60,851 nt of DNA from a virus: IMG/VR virus record IMGVR_UViG_3300045988_119927; one strand, 5' to 3'. This document shows positions 54,333-60,851 of this stretch, one piece after another (positions within the stretch are counted from its first letter, which is position 1; the number at the start of each line of letters is the position of its first letter). Below the pieces are notes generated by a model. The model did not search any database, had not been told where the DNA came from, and worked only from the letters and a program-made list of their open reading frames with translations. The translations under genes and the position numbers were made by a program.

Positions 54333-55646
54333 ATGCAGATCAAAGACTTAGCCATCGGTGACGGATACGTCTACCTGATGGAAGACGGCGTCAAAGTCAA
54401 GTTTTACGCGCTGTGCCACAACTACGAGTCGGGGCTGAACGGCAAAGGACGGACGCTGTTTTGCAGAGAGAGTCCGGCGACGAGTGGAACACATACTACG
54501 TCTAAACGCGATGACTACAGAGTCGATAGCAATAATGAAGACACCTGGTACAAAAATACCTATGTGACGAAGTTTTTCGACGAAGTAAAGGACTTGATTG
54601 GCACTACAAAATATGTCGGGATGTATTTCTATGCTTACCAATACTCAGCTTACGAATGGCGTACAACAAGTAGTAGTAAGACATACGAGTCAAGATTTTT
54701 CTCCATTTCGGCAACAGAAGTCGGGGCATTGCACTACGCCGATGGCTCTGCGCTTTCCTCAGCCGCAATCAGCAGAATCAGCAACATTCGAAACCACTAC
54801 GGAAGCGGTATCTGGACGAGAACTCCAACTGATACAACTACTTATAGTAATCATGAGCTCGGTAATCATATCGATAATTATGCCAACAGCGTCTACATAG
54901 CTTCCGCAAGCGATTCCAGTGTAACTACTGCCGAAGGAACTTACGGCAGTAGTTACGGCTATCTGCCCTGCTTCACCCTGCCGGAGACGCTGTACATCGA
55001 CAAAGATGGCTTCGCCTCGGCAAACCAGCCTCCGGAAATCACTTCCGATGTGGGCGAGAGCGGCGTGGCACTTGGCAAGAAGAACGAGCCCTTTACTCTG
55101 TCCTACACCGTGACCGACGGCGACGGAGACCCCATGACCGTAACCGAAAAGGTGAACGGCGTGGTGCTGGCCGTCCGCGAGAACGTGGCCTCCGGCACCG
55201 AACTCACGGTACAGTGTCTGAGCGAAAAAGCCCTGTTCCAGCAGATACTCAACGGAGAAAACACCCTGACATTGGAAGTGGACGACGGCAAGACCTCGAC
55301 AGAGTGGACGGCGACCTTTACTAAAAATGTGACCCGTGCGCAGGTGAGCCTAACCGCCCCCCTGACGGCGGACGACACCATCACCGTGACTGCGCTGACA
55401 CTGGAGGGCAGTTTCCCGGCAGATATGAGCCTGACCGTGGAGATGACCAATAACGCCTTAGACGACAGCCCCGTGTGGGAGAACTGCACCGACATCCAGC
55501 GCGGCGAGAGCCGGGCCTTTGTACACCACGCCTTTACCAACAAGACTGCCGCCCGGGGCTTTGCATTCAACTACAAGGTGACGATTACCCGGGGTGAAAG
55601 CGGCACCGGGGGGACGCTGACCATGATCGGAGGTGTGATCGGATGA
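54333..55646 (+). CDS. Putative receptor-binding / tail fibre protein
   Basis: 437 aa. It has a GIWTRTP segment (DUF6273-like) and an Ig-like C-terminal region. Confidence 0.45.
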   Translation: MQIKDLAIGDGYVYLMEDGVKVKFYALCHNYESGLNGKGRTLFCRESPATSGTHTTSKRDDYRVDSNNEDTWYKNTYVTKFFDEVKDLIGTTKYVGMYFYAYQYSAYEWRTTSSSKTYESRFFSISATEVGALHYADGSALSSAAISRISNIRNHYGSGIWTRTPTDTTTYSNHELGNHIDNYANSVYIASASDSSVTTAEGTYGSSYGYLPCFTLPETLYIDKDGFASANQPPEITSDVGESGVALGKKNEPFTLSYTVTDGDGDPMTVTEKVNGVVLAVRENVASGTELTVQCLSEKALFQQILNGENTLTLEVDDGKTSTEWTATFTKNVTRAQVSLTAPLTADDTITVTALTLEGSFPADMSLTVEMTNNALDDSPVWENCTDIQRGESRAFVHHAFTNKTAARGFAFNYKVTITRGESGTGGTLTMIGGVIG

Positions 55647-55840
55647 GTCTTTGGAAGATGGATAAGAGCCTGAAAGAACTCCACAAAAAGCTGGAAGAGG
55701 AGCGGATGCTTAGAGAGCTGCCCGGCCTCGTGGCGGGGATCGAGGACGCCATGTGCGAGCAGGACATGGCATCGGAAGAGCGGCTGGCGACTATCGAGGA
55801 CTCGCTGTGCGAGCTGGATGCCGCTATTAACAACAAGTAA
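55643..55840 (+). CDS. Hypothetical coiled-coil protein
   Basis: 65-aa ORF. Confidence 0.4.
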   Translation: MSLWKMDKSLKELHKKLEEERMLRELPGLVAGIEDAMCEQDMASEERLATIEDSLCELDAAINNK

Positions 55841-55853
55841 GGAGGATTTCAAA

Positions 55854-56024
55854 ATGGACAAGATCTGGGCAAACAGGTTGGTCGCCGGGACTAAGACCTG
55901 GGCAGAGATGCCCGCAAGCCGCCGCCCCGGAGTCAAAGCCGAGCTGGCGAGGCGGGTGACCGACGGCGAGATCAGTGAAGAGGATTATAAGCGCATCACC
56001 GGGGAGGACTACTACAATGGATAA
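55854..56024 (+). CDS. XkdX-like small protein
   Basis: VTDGEISEEDYKRITGEDY matches the XkdX-type C-terminus. Confidence 0.45.
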   Translation: MDKIWANRLVAGTKTWAEMPASRRPGVKAELARRVTDGEISEEDYKRITGEDYYNG

Positions 56025-56805
56025 ACTGCTGGAGCTGCTGGAAAAGCTTGTGCGGGCCATCTTTGGTCCGGGGGACAAGCAGGATGCCGAAGAGGCAAAG
56101 CCCGCACCGGAACCTCCCGAACCCCCCGGGGCAGAGGCTGTGACCGGCTGGGAGGGAGACCTTCCTTACCGGTTCATCGACGTGAGCCGGTGGCAGGGAA
56201 TCATCAAAATGGAGGGTTGGGCGCAGGTAAAAGCGGCAGGCTATAAAGGCGCGATGCTGCGGGCCGTAGGGAACCGCAACGGTGTCCCCTACATCGACCC
56301 CACCTTCGAGGACAACTATACCAATGCAAAAGCGGCAGGGCTGGATATTGGCGTCTACTACTACACCGACGCCATCACTGAGAAGCTGGCTGACGAAGAG
56401 CTGGCTGCACTGCGGCAGGCGCTGCAGGGCAAGGAACTGACCATGCCGGTGGCGGTGGACATGGAAAATGAAACGCTTGCCGTGCTGAAGCCGAACGACC
56501 TTACCAACCTCGCGGCCTACCACCTCGAGCAGATCGAGAAGATGGGGTTCTTCGCCCAGCTCTACACCTACACGAGCTATGCCAACGTCCATCTGGACAT
56601 GGCAAGGCTGGCCGGGCGGTGGGACATCTGGCTGGCGGACTACACGGGCAAGACCCCGAAGGTGCAGTTCAAGTACAGCGCTCACCAGCACAGCAGTGAG
56701 GGCCGCGTGCCGGGCATCAACGGGCCGGTGGACCTCGACGTCACGACGGTGAACTACCCGAAGATCATCAAGGCAAAGGGGCTGACCCGGCTCCGGGAGG
56801 CATAA
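56017..56805 (+). CDS. Endolysin, GH25 muramidase
   Basis: It has FIDVSRWQG...GAMLRAVG...DPTFEDNYTNAKAAGLDIGVYYY, with a Pro-rich N-terminal extension. Confidence 0.8.
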   Translation: MDKLLELLEKLVRAIFGPGDKQDAEEAKPAPEPPEPPGAEAVTGWEGDLPYRFIDVSRWQGIIKMEGWAQVKAAGYKGAMLRAVGNRNGVPYIDPTFEDNYTNAKAAGLDIGVYYYTDAITEKLADEELAALRQALQGKELTMPVAVDMENETLAVLKPNDLTNLAAYHLEQIEKMGFFAQLYTYTSYANVHLDMARLAGRWDIWLADYTGKTPKVQFKYSAHQHSSEGRVPGINGPVDLDVTTVNYPKIIKAKGLTRLREA

Positions 56806-57197
56806 TGGAGCTGTATGAGTCGTTGAAAGTCGTCGGTGCAGCGATGATCGGCCTCTTCGGGTTTGTGGCATCGCTGGACAAGATGGTTGATCTCTGGAAA
56901 AAGTACAAGGGTCTGGCCGAGGCTCCCGACAAGGCCCAGAACGAGGAGATAAAAAACCTGAAGGATGACGTGGAGCTGCTGAAGGCCAGGATGATGAGCG
57001 TGCAGGATGCACTGGGCAGGGATATGCGGCGATTCAATAATCTCGATGACCTTGTCCTGCTGATCCTGGACGGCGTGCAGAACCTGTTAGAAGCACAGCT
57101 CTCGGGAAACAACCACGATGGCATGGAAGCGTGTCATCAGAACATTCTTAAGTACCTCATGAAAGGAGCGACCAAACATGGAGACAGCAGTGAGTAA
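56805..57197 (+). CDS. Holin-like (BhlA/UviB-type architecture) protein
   Basis: N-terminal TM VVGAAMIGLFGFVASL followed by a coiled coil. Confidence 0.35.
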   Translation: MELYESLKVVGAAMIGLFGFVASLDKMVDLWKKYKGLAEAPDKAQNEEIKNLKDDVELLKARMMSVQDALGRDMRRFNNLDDLVLLILDGVQNLLEAQLSGNNHDGMEACHQNILKYLMKGATKHGDSSE

Positions 57198-57516
57198 ACT
57201 TCTGAGCATCCTGCCCACCCCGGTGGCGGCAGTGCTGATGCTGGGCGGCGTCATCTTCTACGTCTTGGGCTGCGTCAGGTTGGGCTACGGTGCCGCCGTA
57301 AGGCCTCTCGTCCTCGACTTAATAGTCCGGGCCGAGCAGGAAATTCAGGGCACAAAGCGTGGCGCAGAGCGAAAGGCCTGGGTGACGAAGGTGCTGAGAG
57401 CGGCCCTGAATAACAGCAAGTATGGCAGATTCATCTCGTGGATCATTACCGATGAGACCATCGGGCGGGTGATCCAGTTTTTCTTTGACCAGATGCGAAA
57501 GGCACTGGAAAACTGA
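57178..57516 (+). CDS. Holin (LL-H-like)
   Basis: N-terminal TM followed by AEQEIQGTKRGAERKAWV. Confidence 0.45.
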   Translation: METAVSKLLSILPTPVAAVLMLGGVIFYVLGCVRLGYGAAVRPLVLDLIVRAEQEIQGTKRGAERKAWVTKVLRAALNNSKYGRFISWIITDETIGRVIQFFFDQMRKALEN

Positions 57517-57548
57517 AAATAACCGCTTATGAACCAAAGGAGGACACT

Positions 57549-58007
57549 ATGAACCCTTATTACGGTGCATATCCTCCGCAGGGCCTTCCTCAAGGAGTGA
57601 ACGGTCTGGGAGGATGGCAAAACAGTCAGCCCATGGGGTACCCCGGGCTGGGAAATCAAAATGGATACCAGCAGGCTTCTGTCCCGGCACTGCCCGGGCG
57701 GGTCATCCGTGATATTGCGGAAGTCCGTCCCAACGAGGTGCCGAACAACGGAAGCCCGGCCATCTTTCTGAAGGATGACATGAGCTGTATCTATGTGAAA
57801 TACCTCTCGAACGTAGGAAAAATCGAAACGATGGTCTTTGCCCCGACGACGCCGGAAACCGAAGCCGCTCCTGCAAACGCGGAGCTGGAGGATATTCGGC
57901 AGAAGCTGGACGAGCTCCTCAAACGGACGCCAAAACGCACAAAACCTTATCACAAGCCGTACCGAGGAGATAAGAAGGGAGAAGACCATGAACCAGAACC
58001 GAAATAA
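57549..58007 (+). CDS. Hypothetical Gly/Gln/Pro-rich cargo protein
   Basis: 152 aa with a low-complexity N-terminus. Confidence 0.45.
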   Translation: MNPYYGAYPPQGLPQGVNGLGGWQNSQPMGYPGLGNQNGYQQASVPALPGRVIRDIAEVRPNEVPNNGSPAIFLKDDMSCIYVKYLSNVGKIETMVFAPTTPETEAAPANAELEDIRQKLDELLKRTPKRTKPYHKPYRGDKKGEDHEPEPK

Positions 58008-58209
58008 TCCCATTGCCGGAATGCTGGGCCAGCTGCTCCGGCAGAACCCTCAGATGCAGTCGAACCCGCTGGCTCAGAACATGATCTCCGTCATTCAAAA
58101 TGGAGACGATGCGAAGGGCGAACAGATCGCACGGAACCTCTGCGAGAGCTACGGCGTGACCCCGGAAGAGGCCTACGCAAGGGCGATGCAGTTTTTCCAG
58201 AGACGTTGA
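57988..58209 (+). CDS. Hypothetical small protein
   Basis: The ATG follows GGGAGAAGACC. Confidence 0.4.
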   Translation: MNQNRNNPIAGMLGQLLRQNPQMQSNPLAQNMISVIQNGDDAKGEQIARNLCESYGVTPEEAYARAMQFFQRR

Positions 58210-58340
58210 ACTGAAAAGGACGTTAAACATATCTCTTTGATGTGAATTGGGCTTTTGCTCAGGATACGCGCGGCCTGAAAGAAGGTCCAGTGAACATATC
58301 CGAACATCCATTCACTGATATTTCCGAAGGAGGAAATGAT

Positions 58341-59162
58341 ATGTTTAACACTGGTATGAACATTCCGAGTCTTGCTGACATCGCTGCTGTGACAGGGAAC
58401 CGGAACGGAAATGGCTGGGGCGACTGCGGAGGCGCATGGTGGATCATCGTCATCCTCTTTGCACTGTGGGGTGGCTTTGGCTGCGATGGCAACGGCTATG
58501 GCGGTTTCGGCGGCAGGGGCAATGGTACCCGTACTGCCAGTCAGGCAGATGTCCAGCGTGGTTTCGACAACCAGGGCGTGATGAACAAGCTGAATGGCCT
58601 CGAGAATGGCCTGTGCGACGGTTTCTACGCCGTGAACACCAGCCTGCTGAACGGCTTCAACAACACTAACACCGCGATGCTTCAGGGCTTTAACGGCGTG
58701 AACACCGCCCTCATGCAGGGCAATTTCGGCATTCAGCAGGCCATCAACGCCGACACCGTGGCCAACATGCAGAACACCAACGCTCTGCAGGCCCAGCTGT
58801 CGAATTGCTGCTGCGAGAACCGTCAGGGTCAGGCACAGATCCAGTACGATATGGCCACCAACACCTGTGCCATCACGACCGCCATCGCCAACCAGACCCA
58901 GCAGATCATGCAGAACGACAACGCCAACTACCGGGCCCTGCATGACGAGATGGTGGCAAACCGGATGGCAGACAAGGACGAGACCATCGCCCAGCTCCGT
59001 ACTCAGCTCAGCCAGATGTCCCTGGCGGCCAGCCAGCAGGCACAGAACAACTATCTGGTGAGCCAGCTCCGGCCCGCACCCAACCCGGCATACATCGTGC
59101 AGAACCCCAATGCCGCTGTTGGCTGCAATGGCCTGACCGGCTGCTGCAACATGGCAAGCTAA
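58341..59162 (+). CDS. Gly/Asn/Gln-rich protein with TM and Cys clusters
   Basis: RBS GAAGGAGG is present. It has GNGWGDCGGAWWIIVILFALWGG, NCCCENR and a C-terminal GCCNMAS. Confidence 0.5.
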   Translation: MFNTGMNIPSLADIAAVTGNRNGNGWGDCGGAWWIIVILFALWGGFGCDGNGYGGFGGRGNGTRTASQADVQRGFDNQGVMNKLNGLENGLCDGFYAVNTSLLNGFNNTNTAMLQGFNGVNTALMQGNFGIQQAINADTVANMQNTNALQAQLSNCCCENRQGQAQIQYDMATNTCAITTAIANQTQQIMQNDNANYRALHDEMVANRMADKDETIAQLRTQLSQMSLAASQQAQNNYLVSQLRPAPNPAYIVQNPNAAVGCNGLTGCCNMAS

Positions 59163-59233
59163 ATTCAAAATGGAGGGCGCTGGGCAAGGAGCCTGGCGCT
59201 CTTTCTTTTTGATATTCAGAAGGAGGAACGAAC

Positions 59234-59638
59234 ATGATCGAGATTTCCAATTCGACCGCCCAGACTCTGACCCCGGGGCAGGCTATTGCGTTTGACGTGA
59301 CCAACCTGAAGACGCGCTGCACTGCTGAGTGCCACAAGACCGGCATGACGGATGTGCGGCTGCGGCTGAACGGGATCTACGAGATCGTCTTTTCGGGCAA
59401 CATTGGTGGCGTGGCAGCAGGTGCCGTGCAGCTTAGCATTTCCGCAGGGAATGCAGTGCTCCCGGGCTCTGCCATGATCTCCACCACCGCTGCGGCCGGT
59501 GACCTGAACAACGTAGCCAAGACCATGCTGGTAGGCAACGGCTGCAGAATGTATGATATTATCCGTATCGTGAACACCGGCACGACCAACCTGACCGTTG
59601 GGCCTGGTGCAAATCTTGTGGTCAGACGGATCGCATAA
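59234..59638 (+). CDS. BclA C-terminal (C1q/TNF-like) domain-like protein
   Basis: 134 aa. Its pattern ...GIYEIVFSGNI...LSISAGNAVLPGS...IVNTGTTNLTV...ANLVVRRIA parallels the BclA C-terminal domain. Confidence 0.4.
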   Translation: MIEISNSTAQTLTPGQAIAFDVTNLKTRCTAECHKTGMTDVRLRLNGIYEIVFSGNIGGVAAGAVQLSISAGNAVLPGSAMISTTAAAGDLNNVAKTMLVGNGCRMYDIIRIVNTGTTNLTVGPGANLVVRRIA

Positions 59639-59651
59639 GGAGGGCTGAAAC

Positions 59652-60230
59652 ATGGAGGATCGTTGCATGATGAGCCTGCGCTCGATGATGGACACTCTGG
59701 TGGATGCCCAGAAAGTCGAGCTGGCGAAGGGCGTGGACTCTGCAGACACTGAAGAGTCCGGGAAAGTGATCGACATGATCAAAGACCTGGCTCAGGCCCA
59801 GAAGTATTGCTGGGAAGCCTGCTACTACAAGACCCTGATCAAGGCCATGGAGGATGCGGACTACCAGCGGATGGGGTACACCCAGACGCCCAAACAGCAG
59901 GCCTTTATGAAGGACTGGCTGCGGGACCCGGAGGAGTTCGAGAACCGGATGCGGGACAAGGGCCACGGCGAATGGCCTTTGAGCCGCAGAGGGGAGTTCC
60001 GGCATGAGGAAGGCCAGTACGGTCGGCCTTACGGGGAGTATCTGGAAGCTCGGAAGCACTACACGGAAAGCCACTCTGCCATGGACAAGGCGGATATGGA
60101 CAAGTACGCTGGGGAGCATCTGATGAGCGCCATGACCGCTATCCGTACCATCTACGGCGATGCCGACCCTGAGCTGCGGAAGAAGATCAAGGCGGACTTC
60201 TCCAAGCTCGTGGCGGACATGCCGACGTAA
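59652..60230 (+). CDS. Hypothetical protein
   Basis: 192-aa ORF. Confidence 0.45.
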   Translation: MEDRCMMSLRSMMDTLVDAQKVELAKGVDSADTEESGKVIDMIKDLAQAQKYCWEACYYKTLIKAMEDADYQRMGYTQTPKQQAFMKDWLRDPEEFENRMRDKGHGEWPLSRRGEFRHEEGQYGRPYGEYLEARKHYTESHSAMDKADMDKYAGEHLMSAMTAIRTIYGDADPELRKKIKADFSKLVADMPT

Positions 60231-60237
60231 TTTCAAA

Positions 60238-60621
60238 ATGGATCGGTTTATGATGAACGGGATATTCTGGCGAGTGCTGTACACAGACCAGGATGATCCT
60301 GTACTCATAGACCGCACCGGCAGAAGGACTCTTGCCGTGACAGATCCCAGAACGCATTGCATCTGGCTTGCTAAGGGACTACACGGCAGGAGTCTGGAGC
60401 GGGTGCTGTTGCACGAGCTGGGACATGCTACCATGGTAAGCTACGGGATGCTGCCAGAGCTGCACCGCATGGTGAGACCGGCCTATTGGATTGAAGCTGA
60501 AGAGTGGATCTGCAACCTGTTAGCAGACTATGGCGCAATGATATTTTGGAAAGCGTCTGACCAACTCGGCTATGATATTTTGGAATGGCAACCGCCCTAT
60601 GCAAGGGATGGCATAGCATAA
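60238..60621 (+). CDS. Zn metallopeptidase (HExxH; ImmA/IrrE- or SprT-like)
   Basis: It has LLHELGHATM preceded by TDPRTHCIWLAKGL. In the circular map it lies next to int. Confidence 0.55.
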   Translation: MDRFMMNGIFWRVLYTDQDDPVLIDRTGRRTLAVTDPRTHCIWLAKGLHGRSLERVLLHELGHATMVSYGMLPELHRMVRPAYWIEAEEWICNLLADYGAMIFWKASDQLGYDILEWQPPYARDGIA

Positions 60622-60698
60622 AAAAAAAGGCCCTGGAGATACACTACGCTGGTTGCGGCGCGGAATTTTCAGGGCCTTTTATTTTTTTTTTTTTTTTG
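60621..60698. terminator. Bidirectional terminator-like hairpin flanked by A9 and T16 runs
   Basis: AGGCCCTG (60628-35) pairs with CAGGGCCT (60670-77). A T16 run lies at 60683-60698. Confidence 0.55.
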
Positions 60699-60796
60699 CG
60701 TGGGGAGATGTGGATGACGGCGGAAGGGTGCTGGTTATTCGTAGAGTAATCCTATATTTTGGGGAGAAAATGACGATGATACGATGGGGTAAAAGA

Positions 60797-60851
60797 CTGC
60801 TGGAAGAATTTACACACAGCGCTGTATCAAATAATTTTTGATGATACGCTG
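60797..60851. repeat. Terminal direct repeat, copy 2
   Basis: Exact copy of bases 1-55. Confidence 0.95.

Noticed and set aside
7515-60241. Chi-like recombination hotspots or FtsK/SpoIIIE-type polar sequences as the explanation of the two strand-specific motifs.
   Set aside because: A host nuclease or translocase would read one motif genome-wide. Here two different motifs partition cleanly by functional module. The idea is kept as a minor alternative, not the leading one.
1-60851. A retron, a DGR, toxin-antitoxin pairs or a CRISPR-Cas component.
   Set aside because: I recognised no reverse transcriptase, no template/variable repeat pair and no obvious TA pair in any frame.

Overview
The window is a complete, circularly closed tailed-phage genome. 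Bases 1-55 are identical to 60797-60851, which gives a unit length of 60,796 bp. The 55-bp overlap is the size of an assembler k-mer. The phage is siphovirus-like: HK97-type prohead protease fused to the major capsid protein, a 2319-aa tape measure protein, and Dit/Tal-like baseplate genes. It appears temperate because it carries a tyrosine integrase. The host is probably a spore-forming Firmicute (Clostridia-like), judged from GGAGG ribosome-binding sites, a GH25 endolysin, a Spo0A C-terminal-domain homolog and a BclA-C-like cargo gene.

All convincing genes except the integrase lie on the + strand. The modules are:
- 0.1-2.2 kb: integrase and regulators.
- 2.2-11.8 kb: many small early genes, each packaged as promoter-like motif, ORF and conserved terminator. 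This region includes three paralogs of a membrane-protein family.
- 12.3-25 kb: replication and nucleotide metabolism. It holds a 1333-aa helicase-primase-PolB fusion, an SSB-like protein, an SF2 helicase, an NTP-PPase-like protein, a frameshifted adenine methyltransferase and ThyX.
- 26.5-26.9 kb: an AT-rich iteron region.
- 27.5-31.2 kb: two nucleases plus a 922-aa single-chain two-barrel (YonO-like) RNA polymerase candidate.
- 31.7-57.5 kb: packaging, head, tail and lysis genes.
- 57.5-60.6 kb: cargo genes.

The most unusual signals are three module-specific, strictly + strand sequence motifs. A 28-nt element (CGCGAAAAATTCAG-N4-CTTTATGGAG) sits before early genes. TGATATTT occurs at least 38 times, mostly in the replication arm. 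TCAAAATGG occurs 21 times, mostly in the late arm. The latter two occur inside genes in all reading frames. With the phage-encoded non-canonical RNAP, this suggests an uncharacterised transcription or nucleic-acid-marking system.
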